Counted from the stretch's first letter, positions 50,054 to 60,614 are shown. The stretch is 64,000 nucleotides of DNA from Candidatus Marinacidobacterales bacterium (GCA_965224085.1 CBDCYI010000004.1:608001-672000), one strand, 5' to 3'. Program-made: numbers and translations. Notes: generated by a model not told the origin, from the letters alone.

Positions 50054-53000
50054 GTGACGCTCGGCGTCACCGCCTCTGCCTCGGGTGCGATCGGCGGACT
50101 CGAAGCCGTGTTCTCGGAGGGAGCGATCCTGCAGGATCGCAACGGAGACGGCATCATCGATTTCATCCACGCACGGATCGTCGTTCCCTCGGAACCCACG
50201 CCAGAGGATTTGGTGGCTGCCGCCAATTTCGCCGCCCGCCTGGCCTTCGAATCGTCGGCCTTCACACCCGGTCTCGCGGTGCGGGACACCGACATCGTTC
50301 CCGACCGCGGGTCGCCACCTTTGATCCTCGTGGGAGCCGCGAATCGCTGGGTGAGGCGTCTCGTCGAGCAAGAACGGATCGACCTCAGCGCGCTGGAGCC
50401 GGGTCAAGGCATGGTAACGATCGTCTCGTCCCCTTTCGGCGGCGAGGATGTGGTCGTCGTCGCCGGAGCCGATCCCGCTGGAACCGCGGCCGCAGCGAGC
50501 GGTGCTTCGGCCCGCCTGCCTTACCTGTGGCAGCTCCGGAGCGACTCGCTCGACTCCGTCACAGAGGACGTGCGCGGCTTTCTGTCGATGCGAGACATTC
50601 GGGTCGAGCAGGTAGCCGCACGACAGGCGGTCTACGAGCGAGGCAGGGAGCAGATCCGTCGCCTCAGTTTCGAGGTCGACGTTGGACGTGGCGATGCCCG
50701 CTCGGCGAATCGGCAGCTTGAGGAGCTCTCGGCGGCTCACGTCGTCGGTGAGGCCGACTTCACCGACCGCAACGCCGTTCGGCTGAGCTATTACGGAGCG
50801 GAGAGTCTCGAGATTCGCGTCGAGGGTGCGGAGGCGGTGAGCCTCGACCGGTTCGGCCCGCCCTACCAGAGTAACTTTCCGCCCAATCCCTGGAAGCCCG
50901 AGGTGAAATCCCTCGATCTGCGCTCGCTATACGGGATCGACGGGTTATACGGAGACTCCCGCGGCGAGGACCAGATACCCGACGAGACGGAGACGACGAT
51001 CGTGGTCGGCTCGAGGGCGGGAGGCGCCCTGGCGGTCATCGACCTGGCAGCACGGGTGGCGCTCGAGACGACGGGTATCTCTCTCCCCGTGGCGATCGTC
51101 GAGGACGACGTCGAGGATCCCTCCCGCCTGGCGAACCCGATTCTGGTGGGTCCCGGACGTCTGAGCGATGCCTTGAGACCCCCGCCCGCGCTCGAGCCGG
51201 GCGAGGGGAGCGTCACGATTCTGCCCGAGGCCTTCGGTGCGTTTCCGGCGGTCGTGGTGAGCGGTATCGATACGGAAGGCCTCGACGCGGCGACGTCTTA
51301 TCTGGCTCGCCGCGTACCGTATCTTTGGGAAACGCGTCGCGGGGAGGTGGATTTCACGACGATCAGCGAAGATGTGCGGGCGTTGTTCCGGGTGAGGTCG
51401 ACCGCCGGTCAGGCGGCGCAGGCAACGGTCGCCCTGCGCGAGCTTCTGGAGAGTCTGGAGGGCGAGGAGCTCCACTCGATCGACGTTCAAGTGTTTCTGG
51501 AAGACGAGACGCCTGGGTTGGTGCCGTTTCTGGAGAACGTTGCCCGCGATCACGCTACCGCGGCGGAAGTCACCGCATCGGCGGGCTCGCGCTACGGACC
51601 CGTGGTCGTCTACGACGCGTCGCCCGAGCTCGGCTGGGAGGTCGATGAGCTCCGGGAGCAGCTTCAGGCGGAAGTCTTCTCCCGAGTGACGGCGGGGGAC
51701 GTGGTGGAGCTCGACGTGCTGGTCAGCGAGCCTCCGGAGCTGAGGTCGGAGCTCGAAAAAGAATTTCGGTCGGCTCTGGAATCGGCTGGTGCCGGTGAGA
51801 GCCGCGTCCGGGTGATCAGTGCTTACAAGCAAGGCTTCAGCTGGCTTGCCGACTACGTGCTTGCCGAGATCAAAGGGAAACCACTGGCGCGGGTGCGCGT
51901 GCGGTTTCCCACCGCTCACTATCCTTCGGACGAGACCTGGTACGGCATGCCCATCCGTTGGCTTCAGGAGCTCTTCCCCATCGACGAGATCTTCGCGCGC
52001 GAGCTCGGCATCGACGTCGATGCCACCGAGTTCGTCAAAGTCGAGGACGGCCCGATCGTTTACCGGGTGGAGGTCACGGATCGCGACGGCAACGTGATCC
52101 ACTCCGACGCGTTCTCACCGCGATTCACGACCCGTGAGTACTTCCCTTACAAGCCAACCGCCAAAATCCACTACACCACCGGAGGTTTTCGCGCCCGCGT
52201 CAACGGCGAAGTCCTCGCCGATACGCACGTACGGACGGATCCGGAGCGCCTATGGGATTTCTATCAGAACGAGGCGCTCCCGGAAATGTTCGAGTATGCG
52301 ATCGCCTATACCGGGGGAAATCTGGGGCTCGAAAGCCAGCCTTTCTTTCGCCAGCTGTTTTTCGAAATCCGGCTGAGCGAGCCGGACTTTCTTCTCGACC
52401 TCGACGAGGAGCGGATCTCCGCTCTTGATTCGTTGCACGAAGACTTGACGTTCGACACCATCGATTTCTGGACCATGTTCAGCGGAAACCGCTCCGGGAG
52501 CCTTGCGGTGGCGCCTGGTCGCATCACGCCCATGATCTACCCCAACCATCAGGGGCCCCCAGAGTTCCAGGTCGTCTTGAAAGGAAACGCGGTCCCAGTA
52601 CCCCGGCTCGTGGTGAAGTGGCAGGGCAAGAGCGGCACACGAGGCGAGCGCAGCCTCGACTTGAAGGATCTCGCGCTCGCATCGCCGCGCGTGACCGGGT
52701 TTCGCGTTCGGGCCGGCCAAGAAGGGGCGAGCGAGGTTCGGGTCAGCATGGGCGCCGGGAGCTACGCATCGGCGGCCACCGCCGCGAAGATGGTCCGCGC
52801 GCTCGCGGATATCCACGCATCAGGCGCCCTGCCAGAGGCGCTCAGCTACGCGCGCCTCGACGCGTTGCGGATCGCGACCGAGATCGGCTCGGCCGCGCTG
52901 GAGGAGTCGATCCAGCCCGCGGATCGAGCCGCGCTCGCCCAACCAGGGGATTTTCCGACAATGGCGCCCGAGGCGGGAAAACGCATCGTCACCTGGGACC

Positions 53001-54178
53001 ATGTGATCGCCCCCGCCGAGCTGGAGAACGAGCTGATTCCGCGGCTCCGAACGTTTCCCGAGATAAATGCCTACGTCGCCGGACGGACGTATCGCAAGCG
53101 GAACGTCTGGGCGATGGACGTGATGCTGCCCATGGAGGCCGAGCTCTGGTCGCAGGCGAAGGCGAGCGCGCTCAAACCGATCCTCTTCATCACCACCCGC
53201 CAGCACTCGAACGAAGTCTCGGCGACCAGCGCCGCCCTGCGGTTGATGGAGCTGCTCGTCACCGATCCCGAGTACCGTAAGTACCTCGAGCGGATGAACA
53301 TCGTCTATCACCCGATGGAGAATCCGGACGGCGCTGCCAACCACTACGAGTTCCACAAGCTCACCCCGAGCTACATCCTTCATGGGGGGTACTGGAGCTC
53401 GGTCGCCCGCGACGTGGGCGCCTATATCTGGGATCAAGACCCGTTGCTTCCGGAAGCGTTGGTGCGCCGCAAGCTCTACTACCAGTGGCTGCCCGACGTC
53501 TACATGAACCCGCAAGGCTATCCGAGCCATGAGTGGGTGCACCAGTTCGCCGGCTACAAAGTGCCCTGGTTTCTCGCTTTCTGGATCCCGCGCGGCTATC
53601 ACATCAACCTCCATCACCTAGACGATCCCAACTATCCCGACCACAAGCCCGTGGGCCGCGAGCTCAGGGAACGGATCATCGAAGAGGTGCAGGGAGTCGT
53701 CGCGGTCCGAGCCGCCAACCGGCGACTGGTTCATCGGTTCGAGAAATACGCACGGCGCTACGAGCCCGATCCGTTTCGTCTCGAGATCTACGAAGGAATG
53801 AACATCCTGTTCGACCACTCCTACTCGTTCCGAGACGGCGACGCTTTCAGTCGCGACATCTACGTGAACTCGCTCTGGCGTCGGCCCAACCCGGAGGGAA
53901 GAAGTTTTCTGGAGAAGCATCCTCAGATCACTGTGCTCGATCTGGGCTGCGACATGCCGGACGAGACAGCCTCACCCGCATGGATGGAGACGGTGGCGGC
54001 CCCGGGACAGTTCGGCTACCTTATGTCGGTCGTGAAGCTGATGTACGAAAGCAACTGGGAAGTCCAGCGATTCGAGGAGGATTTTCGCGATCGGGTGCGT
54101 CTTTCCTTCTTCCGCCCCCGGCCGATGCGATCCTCGCGCTTCGGAGCGGCGCGGCCCACGCCATCTCCGGAGGAGTGA
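50054..54178 (+). CDS. Large M14-family zinc carboxypeptidase-domain protein
   Basis: DRNGDG Ca-binding-like motifs; RQHSNEVS (HxxE), NPDG; native start apparently lost. Confidence 0.8.
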   Translation: MTLGVTASASGAIGGLEAVFSEGAILQDRNGDGIIDFIHARIVVPSEPTPEDLVAAANFAARLAFESSAFTPGLAVRDTDIVPDRGSPPLILVGAANRWVRRLVEQERIDLSALEPGQGMVTIVSSPFGGEDVVVVAGADPAGTAAAASGASARLPYLWQLRSDSLDSVTEDVRGFLSMRDIRVEQVAARQAVYERGREQIRRLSFEVDVGRGDARSANRQLEELSAAHVVGEADFTDRNAVRLSYYGAESLEIRVEGAEAVSLDRFGPPYQSNFPPNPWKPEVKSLDLRSLYGIDGLYGDSRGEDQIPDETETTIVVGSRAGGALAVIDLAARVALETTGISLPVAIVEDDVEDPSRLANPILVGPGRLSDALRPPPALEPGEGSVTILPEAFGAFPAVVVSGIDTEGLDAATSYLARRVPYLWETRRGEVDFTTISEDVRALFRVRSTAGQAAQATVALRELLESLEGEELHSIDVQVFLEDETPGLVPFLENVARDHATAAEVTASAGSRYGPVVVYDASPELGWEVDELREQLQAEVFSRVTAGDVVELDVLVSEPPELRSELEKEFRSALESAGAGESRVRVISAYKQGFSWLADYVLAEIKGKPLARVRVRFPTAHYPSDETWYGMPIRWLQELFPIDEIFARELGIDVDATEFVKVEDGPIVYRVEVTDRDGNVIHSDAFSPRFTTREYFPYKPTAKIHYTTGGFRARVNGEVLADTHVRTDPERLWDFYQNEALPEMFEYAIAYTGGNLGLESQPFFRQLFFEIRLSEPDFLLDLDEERISALDSLHEDLTFDTIDFWTMFSGNRSGSLAVAPGRITPMIYPNHQGPPEFQVVLKGNAVPVPRLVVKWQGKSGTRGERSLDLKDLALASPRVTGFRVRAGQEGASEVRVSMGAGSYASAATAAKMVRALADIHASGALPEALSYARLDALRIATEIGSAALEESIQPADRAALAQPGDFPTMAPEAGKRIVTWDHVIAPAELENELIPRLRTFPEINAYVAGRTYRKRNVWAMDVMLPMEAELWSQAKASALKPILFITTRQHSNEVSATSAALRLMELLVTDPEYRKYLERMNIVYHPMENPDGAANHYEFHKLTPSYILHGGYWSSVARDVGAYIWDQDPLLPEALVRRKLYYQWLPDVYMNPQGYPSHEWVHQFAGYKVPWFLAFWIPRGYHINLHHLDDPNYPDHKPVGRELRERIIEEVQGVVAVRAANRRLVHRFEKYARRYEPDPFRLEIYEGMNILFDHSYSFRDGDAFSRDIYVNSLWRRPNPEGRSFLEKHPQITVLDLGCDMPDETASPAWMETVAAPGQFGYLMSVVKLMYESNWEVQRFEEDFRDRVRLSFFRPRPMRSSRFGAARPTPSPEE

Positions 54179-54181
54179 GCC

Positions 54182-54272
54182 CTGAGAACGGGAGTATGTT
54201 TGCTCGTTGCTCTCGCTCTCGCCGCCGACGCCGCATCCTCGCAGGAAACACATCCGGGCCTCGACGCAGCGT
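54182..54272 (+). pseudogene. Signal-peptide stub of a gene cut by IS1634
   Basis: LRTGVCLLVALALAADAASSQETHPGLDAA ends at the IS boundary; resembles GLEAVF at the start of the upstream M14 protein. Confidence 0.4.
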
Positions 54273-54277
54273 TTAGC

Positions 54278-56204
54278 CGGAAGTTCCCGGCTTAGGCCAG
54301 ACGTAATGTATTGAACGCGTGGAGTTTTTCATCAGGGAAGGTTTCCCGGCACTGGGAACAAACCGAGCAGTTGCATTGCGCGTTGTTGTGTTGAGTTGGC
54401 TTCGGTCACCATCTGGAATGGTGGAGCGGTCGGGTCGGCTTTGAGTTGGCAAAGGTTGAGACTGCGGGTAGCAAGCTCGGCAAGAAGCGTGGGGAAACTG
54501 TGAATAGGTAATCCGTCAGATGTGCGACGGACGCTCTTTTTGTTTTTGGCCGAAGTCGAGGGCAGAGCTGGCAAGACGGGGTCTCGGGTCTCGCGGTCGG
54601 CGTCAAGTTGCTCGTCGACGAAAAGTAGTGGAGCAAGGGCCTTTTTCATGTGCCATTGCACATAGTAGGCGAGCAAGCACAAGAAGATGTGTGCCCGCAC
54701 GCGTTGGGCATCGCGATGGCGGATGGGTCGTACTAACAGGTCGATGCCCTTCAAACAACGAAAGGCTTGTTCAACCTGAGAGAGCCGCTTGTAGCTGCGC
54801 ACGGTGTCCTCGGCCGAGAGATGCTCAAGCGGCTCGCTGGTGCGGATTACGTAGATGCCGTCGCGTTCCGATTCTCGGCGAATGCTTTCCTCGCGTCTGC
54901 TGTAGCTAAAAAGGCTATCTTCGATCTTCAGTGTGAAGTGCTTGCCCACTTTGTAATGGTTGAGCACCTTTCCGACCTTCTTGCCAATTTCAGCTTTGTC
55001 CAAAGGAGTTTTCGTTCGCCGGGCAACCTGTCGGCGGATCTTGTCGAACTTGGCCTCGGTCGCTTCAAGCAGGGCCTGGCGCTTCCTTCGCCTCTCTTCG
55101 GCCAGCAGAGGGTTGTAGCAAGCAATCAGTCGCTCACCGGGAAAATCAATAGAAGTGATCTCCGCCAGGTTTTTTTGGTCGAACAGCGACAGCTGCAAAC
55201 ACTCCGTGTCCAGTAGTTTGCGAATCGCTGTCGAACGCAAGGCTGAGATCCAGCCAAGTCCTGGGTATTGCCTTAGAGCCTTAATCTGAGTCTGAGTGAG
55301 CAAGCCCCGGTCACCAACCAGCACCACCTGTTGAAGCTCAAAACGCTCACGAAGCTTTTGTACTTGATCCGGCAGTGTCGTCGGATCCCCTGTGTTCCCC
55401 GGGTAGACCTCCACGGCCACGGGACGTCCTTCGTGGTCCGTTAACACTCCATAGACAACGATGGGTTTGCCCTTTTTACCATCTCGGCCGTAGCCGAAAA
55501 GAGCCAGTGGACAGGTGCGTCCTTCATAGTAGCTACTGCTCACATCGTAAAGCACCTGTGCACCCTCGGAAAGGTGTCGACTCGCCAGCTTCTTTTCGAT
55601 CCGAGACTGGCGCTGGATCAACCAATCCATTGCCGCATAGAGATCATCTTCGTCCGCATCGACCACGCCGAGCTCTTGCGCCAGCGTTGTCGTGTGCCAC
55701 AGTCGTGTCGTGCCCAACTTCGAGCTGGGATGAATGAGTTGCTCGGCAATCATGGCGATAACCAGATCGCGTTCGCGACATCGTTTCGACGCGATGAGTC
55801 TATCGAGTTCCAGTTGGTGGATGGTGCCGAGCACTGCCTCGACATGGCCGTGGGGCAGTGTCCGCTGCACGACGAACACATCCGACGGAGCCATCAAGGG
55901 CTCGTCTCTCAGTAAGCGTCGCAGGGCTTCGACCTTGGCCTTGGGCCACTCCGTCAGATTGGCGATGGTGCGTTTTCGGATGCGCTTTCCCTCTCGCCAA
56001 CCCTCGCGCAACAAGATGGCTGGCCGGGAGTTCCGGTTGGGAACGATGTCGACATACATGGCAACAATAATACACATAAAAAGCTTAATATCAATATAAA
56101 ACAGATCAATACATGGGAAAACTTGTGGGGCCACATTTTCTCGTTTCCCACTTAGAATCAATGAATTACACCCCGTTCTAGGTGTTTCTGTTAGGGGAAC
56201 TTCT
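54278..56204 (-). mobile_element. IS1634-family insertion sequence, apparently complete
   Basis: Terminal inverted repeats GAAGTTCCC / GGGAACTTC; GTTTAGC direct repeat at 54271-54277 and 56205-56211; lower GC. Confidence 0.85.
54332..56059 (-). CDS. IS1634 family transposase
   Basis: LLREGWREG, LYDVSSSYYEG, VGDRG, VEQAFRCLK, RVRAHIFLCLLAY; full DDE triad. Confidence 0.93.
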   Translation of the reverse strand: MYVDIVPNRNSRPAILLREGWREGKRIRKRTIANLTEWPKAKVEALRRLLRDEPLMAPSDVFVVQRTLPHGHVEAVLGTIHQLELDRLIASKRCRERDLVIAMIAEQLIHPSSKLGTTRLWHTTTLAQELGVVDADEDDLYAAMDWLIQRQSRIEKKLASRHLSEGAQVLYDVSSSYYEGRTCPLALFGYGRDGKKGKPIVVYGVLTDHEGRPVAVEVYPGNTGDPTTLPDQVQKLRERFELQQVVLVGDRGLLTQTQIKALRQYPGLGWISALRSTAIRKLLDTECLQLSLFDQKNLAEITSIDFPGERLIACYNPLLAEERRRKRQALLEATEAKFDKIRRQVARRTKTPLDKAEIGKKVGKVLNHYKVGKHFTLKIEDSLFSYSRREESIRRESERDGIYVIRTSEPLEHLSAEDTVRSYKRLSQVEQAFRCLKGIDLLVRPIRHRDAQRVRAHIFLCLLAYYVQWHMKKALAPLLFVDEQLDADRETRDPVLPALPSTSAKNKKSVRRTSDGLPIHSFPTLLAELATRSLNLCQLKADPTAPPFQMVTEANSTQQRAMQLLGLFPVPGNLP

Positions 56205-56206
56205 GT

Positions 56207-58543
56207 TTAGCGGGGCGCGTCACGGATCGAGAACAGATGGTGCTGCGTCCGGATGAGAAGCTGGCCTTCCGCCGCCGCTGGAGTCGCCATCGTGACCTCG
56301 CCCATGCGGTTCGTCCGCAGAAGCTCGAACTCCGGACCGGCGCGCACCACATGGATTTCCCCGTCTTCGCTCGTGAGGTAGAGCTTGCCGTCGGACGCGA
56401 TCGGTGAAGCGCTGAACGCCCCGGACGCGACGCGCTTCTGATAGACCCGCTCGCCAGTCGCGGCTCGATAGCAGGACAGGACACCGTTGTTCTGGCACGT
56501 ATAGAGGTGTTCGCGATAAACAATCGGCGTGGTCATGTAGGAGCCGTCGCGCTCGGTGCTCCACACGACTTCTCCACCGTGACGAAGAGCGAAGATCGGC
56601 TTGATACGGTAGCCACTCGTGATGAACACGCGATCGCCGGAGACGACGGGCGTCGGTGTCGTGTTCTTGGAGCTTCCTGGAAGGCGCCAGAGCTCCGAGC
56701 CCGTGCGCGGGTTGTAGCCATGCATCCACTCAGCGCCGTTCGTGATGAGCTCCACGCCGTTCGGCCCATCGAACAATGCCGGTGTCGAAAAAGACGAGAT
56801 GACGTCACGTGCGACGCGCCAAACGGGCTCGCCCGTCTCCACATCGAACGCCGCCATGAACGATCGGCCTCGCTGTTGATCGACGAGAAGGATGACGAGG
56901 CTCTCGTAGATGATGGGCGAACTCGCAGGACCCCAGTCGTAAGTATCGTCGTAGGACGCGCCGGCATCGACCATCCCGAGGTCATGCTTCCATAGAAGCT
57001 CGCCGTCCAGATCGTAGGCGTAAATCCCGTCGGAGCCGAAATAGGCCACGACGCGCTCACCGTCGGTGACAGGGGTCGAGGACGCATAGCTGTTTTTTCG
57101 ATGCCTTTGAATCGCGGGCACACCGCTCGACGCTTCACGCTCCCATAGAACCCGGCCACTCCGCCGATCGAGACAATAGACGCGGAAACTGTGGCGCGAC
57201 AGGTCCGTCCGCCGGTCGATGCGGCCATCGAGCCCGTGCACGAAAATCGAGTCGGGATTTTCGCTGACCGCTGTCGTCAGAAAGACACGCTCACCCCAGA
57301 AGATCGGACTCGAATGTCCAAGACCGGGGATAGCCGTCTTCCACTCGACGTGGACCGAGCCCTCACCATCCCATTCGTCCGGAAGATCGAGTCCGTCCGC
57401 GAGTCCCGAAGCGTTCGGACCTCGAAAGCTCGGCCAGCTCCGCGCGGAGCGTTCGACGGGAGCATTGAAATAAACGACGTTCGCGGCACCGGAGCTCGCA
57501 ACGACGACGTCCGGATAGCCGTCGCCGTTCACGTCGCCGACCGCGAGGTTGTAGCTCACGTCGTCTGCCTCGGCGAAGCGAAGCTCACGAAGCTCCCCGT
57601 TGGAACTGTTGAAAAAGACTGCGTTGGACTGCTCGTTGTTCGCAATGATGATATCGAGCGTTCCGTCGAGATCGAGATCCGCTAGAGCGACCGCGTAGCT
57701 CGCGCCGTCCTCGCGACCAAACAGGCGCTCTCTCGGAAATACTCCCATCCCATCGCCAAAAAAGATCCCGTTCGGCTCTCCGATATTGGCTGTCACGAGG
57801 TCGAGACGGCCGTCGCCATCCACGTCACCCACGGCAATCCCTCGCGACTCGTCCGAGCCCGTCCCGAAGCCGATGCGCTCGTCGCCGATGAGGACAAAGT
57901 TCTCCTGGCCATCGCGATTGGCGAGAGCGAGCTCGAGCGTTCCATCGTCGTTCAGGTCGAACGCCGCCACCGCGATGGTCGCGTCGCGCTCGGAGCCGAA
58001 CATCGCATCTCGCGCAAACTGTCCATGCCCGTCGTTGAAATAAATATAGTTCGGAGCGCCACGGTTCGTGACGAGAATGTCCCGAGCGCCATCGCCATCC
58101 ATATCGGCAATGACGAGATTCCGCGTCGGCACGTCGTCGCGGCCGAAGCTGCCGCGATGCGAGAAGTTCCCCTTGCCGTCATTCTCATAGATGTTCTTGG
58201 TCGTGCGGTCGTTCCCGACCGCCACGTCCAAATCGCCGTCGCCATCGAAATCCGCGAGCGCGGCGCGGTAGCTCGTCGCTAGCTCCTCGCCCAGCCGGCG
58301 GACCGTGCGAAAGAAGCCGCGGCCGTCGTTCAAGAACACGTAGTTCTGCTGTGCCCAGTGCCGGCCATTGGCGACGACAGCGTCGAGGTCACCGTCGCCG
58401 TCGACATCTCCCAAGCTGATCGAGGCCGTGAGATTCGCCTCGGCACCCAGCCGCGCGTACGGATGCGTGACGAGCCGCCGCTCTTCGGCCGCGGCAAAAC
58501 GGGAAAGGAAGAAGAACGTCAAGAGAAATGTCGGTCGCCTCAT
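56207..58543 (-). CDS. Secreted FG-GAP/VCBS-repeat plus PQQ-like beta-propeller fusion protein
   Basis: About seven GDxDGDGxxD repeats, then [27 protein letters not shown]. Confidence 0.85.
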   Translation of the reverse strand: MRRPTFLLTFFFLSRFAAAEERRLVTHPYARLGAEANLTASISLGDVDGDGDLDAVVANGRHWAQQNYVFLNDGRGFFRTVRRLGEELATSYRAALADFDGDGDLDVAVGNDRTTKNIYENDGKGNFSHRGSFGRDDVPTRNLVIADMDGDGARDILVTNRGAPNYIYFNDGHGQFARDAMFGSERDATIAVAAFDLNDDGTLELALANRDGQENFVLIGDERIGFGTGSDESRGIAVGDVDGDGRLDLVTANIGEPNGIFFGDGMGVFPRERLFGREDGASYAVALADLDLDGTLDIIIANNEQSNAVFFNSSNGELRELRFAEADDVSYNLAVGDVNGDGYPDVVVASSGAANVVYFNAPVERSARSWPSFRGPNASGLADGLDLPDEWDGEGSVHVEWKTAIPGLGHSSPIFWGERVFLTTAVSENPDSIFVHGLDGRIDRRTDLSRHSFRVYCLDRRSGRVLWEREASSGVPAIQRHRKNSYASSTPVTDGERVVAYFGSDGIYAYDLDGELLWKHDLGMVDAGASYDDTYDWGPASSPIIYESLVILLVDQQRGRSFMAAFDVETGEPVWRVARDVISSFSTPALFDGPNGVELITNGAEWMHGYNPRTGSELWRLPGSSKNTTPTPVVSGDRVFITSGYRIKPIFALRHGGEVVWSTERDGSYMTTPIVYREHLYTCQNNGVLSCYRAATGERVYQKRVASGAFSASPIASDGKLYLTSEDGEIHVVRAGPEFELLRTNRMGEVTMATPAAAEGQLLIRTQHHLFSIRDAPR

Positions 58544-58553
58544 CGAACGAAGT

Positions 58554-59012
58554 TTACACTTTCTTTTCTTTCCACTTGCCTCGCCGGAACGTGAGGATGC
58601 CGACGACCGCCGAGAGCGAGTAGGAAAGCGCGATGGCGACAAACACGCCCTTGGGGCCGATACCGAGGAAGATCGCGAGCAGCCAGGCCAAAGGGATCTG
58701 AAAGAGCCAGAAGCAGAAAAAATTGATCCACGTCGGCGTGGCGGTGTCGCCGGCGCCGTTGAACGCCTGCATCATGACCATACCCCAGGCGTAGAAGATG
58801 TACCCGTAGCTGATGATTCGAAGGCTCTCGATCCCGACGGGGGCGATCGCGGAATCGGTCGTAAAGATGTGGATGATGTCGGGCGCGAGCGAGACGAAGA
58901 CTACGGTCACGATCGCCATGAAGGCCATATTCCACATGCCCGTGATCCAGACCGCACGCTCGGGGCGCTCGGGCTTGTTCGCGACGAGGTTTTGGCCCGC
59001 GAGCACGGCGCA
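58554..59012 (-). pseudogene. MATE efflux transporter 3' fragment
   Basis: GQNL.A.KPER.ERAVW, QAFNGAGDT.TP, FRRGKWKEKKV; 5' part replaced at the IS91-like end. Confidence 0.85.
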
Positions 59013-59020
59013 ACCGAAAA

Positions 59021-59313
59021 GTATAGGAAATTTCAAAGCCTTCCCGGGGCGTTGCACTGCGAATTCTCCAGCTTGAACGAGGTGACGTCACCTCATGCGG
59101 TGTCAGTGACATTTGCAAAAGGTATTGAGCAAGGCAAGGCGGTGAAGGCGGAGGGTTTTCCTGGGGAAGACACAGGTATGGCGTGCGTTGCCAAAGAAAA
59201 CGGCACAGAGGAGATAAAGCTAAGCTAAGGCTGAGGAGGAGCGCGGGAGGTGGGTCTTGGACGTTTTGAAATGATCCAAGATTTTTCGAATGACTTTCTG
59301 TTCGGTGATGAGC
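59021..59313 (-). mobile_element. IS91-family remnant (transposase C-terminus plus oriIS-like end)
   Basis: LITEQKVIRKILDHF C-terminal motif; perfect palindrome GAGGTGACGTCACCTC at 59079-59094; end TTTGAAATTTCCTATAC. Confidence 0.65.
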
Positions 59314-59471
59314 TGCCCGCCCAGCTCCTCGGAAGAGAGAAAGTAGATGTGCGCCGTCAGCGCTTCGGCCCGGATGTTATCGAAGCCGGTGCGAGCCTCA
59401 TCCGGCTGGGCGAGCAAGGATGCGGCGAAGACTCCGAACAGAAAGATCGGGATCGACGTTCTTACCGACAT
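59314..59471 (-). pseudogene. M28 peptidase N-terminal stub
   Basis: Signal peptide followed by IRAEALTAHIYFLSSEELGG, cut at the IS91-like remnant. Confidence 0.55.
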
Positions 59472-59666
59472 CGCTCGAACACCCCTTCCGGGGCCGAGCT
59501 CACGCCGCCCGGGACGGGATCGACGCGAGCCGACCGGTGACCGATATCGATTTTCGATTGTACTCCCACATGCAAGCATGGACTACGCGAGCATCGAGGC
59601 GGCGGTGAAACGCGCCCGTCTCTATTCCGCGCTGGTGCTCCGGATGTTGCGGTACACTCTCGTCTC

Positions 59667-60614
59667 ATGGCGCGATTCGGCATCCAGCTCGAGCCCATGT
59701 GGGGCTTCTCGTACGAGGACTTCGTCCGCATTGCGCGGGCCGCGGAGGGCGCCGGCTTCGATTCGCTATGGGTCTCCGATCATCTGTTTCTCGACGAAGA
59801 CTCGGTGGATCGAAACTGTTTCGAAGCCTGGACGATACTGACCGCTCTCGCGATGGTGACCGAGCGACTTCGGCTGGGGACACTAGTCACGTGCAACTCC
59901 TATCGGCGGCCGGCCATTCTGGCCAAGGTGGCGGCGTCTTTCGATCAGATCAGCGCGGGTCGCCTGGAGTTCGGGATCGGTGCCGGGTGGAAGAAGTTGG
60001 AATACGGGGCTTACGGGATTCCATTCCCGTCTCTGGCGACCCGAACGAAGCAGCTCGATGAAGCGGTTCGACTCGTCCGCCGGTTGTGGACCGAGCCCCG
60101 CGTCACGTTCGAAGGAGAGCACTATCAGTTGCGCGACGCCGTTTGCGCACCGAAGCCGGTGCAGAAGCCGCCGCCGGTGTGGATCGGAGGTGCCGAGGAG
60201 CGCCGCATCCTGCCGCTGGTGGCCGAGCTCGCCGACGGGTGGAATATGCTTCCCGGTGTGCCCCTTCCTGAAGTCGAGCAGAAAATGGACGTGCTCCGCC
60301 GGCTGTGCGACGAGCGAAGCCGCGACTTCGACGCGATACGGAAATCTGTCTTCGTCGAGGTGATCCTGGCGGACACCACCCAGGAACTCGACCAGCTCTC
60401 GGCCGAGCTCGCGGAGGCGCTCGGCGAAAAAGGGGAAGAGGTCTTCGAGCGGGCGAAAAAGGTTGGCACCGCCGGCTCTCCCGCCGAGGTGGCGGAACGG
60501 CTGCGTGCCTTTCAGGAGCTCGGCTTTCAGGAGCTCAACATCATGTTTCCCTACCGACGCGACGAGGAGACCCTCCTCCGTTTCGCAGAGACGGTGGCTC
60601 CCCGGCTCGATTGA
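59667..60614 (+). CDS. LLM-class (F420-dependent-like) oxidoreductase
   Basis: GFDSLWVSDH, RLGTLVTCNSYR.PA.LAK, GRLEFGIGAGW, PKPVQKP. Confidence 0.9.
   Translation: MARFGIQLEPMWGFSYEDFVRIARAAEGAGFDSLWVSDHLFLDEDSVDRNCFEAWTILTALAMVTERLRLGTLVTCNSYRRPAILAKVAASFDQISAGRLEFGIGAGWKKLEYGAYGIPFPSLATRTKQLDEAVRLVRRLWTEPRVTFEGEHYQLRDAVCAPKPVQKPPPVWIGGAEERRILPLVAELADGWNMLPGVPLPEVEQKMDVLRRLCDERSRDFDAIRKSVFVEVILADTTQELDQLSAELAEALGEKGEEVFERAKKVGTAGSPAEVAERLRAFQELGFQELNIMFPYRRDEETLLRFAETVAPRLD

Noticed and set aside
57480-58420. Recurring GCCGTCGCC-type DNA repeats
   Set aside because: Explained by protein-level FG-GAP (DGDG) repeats, not a DNA array.
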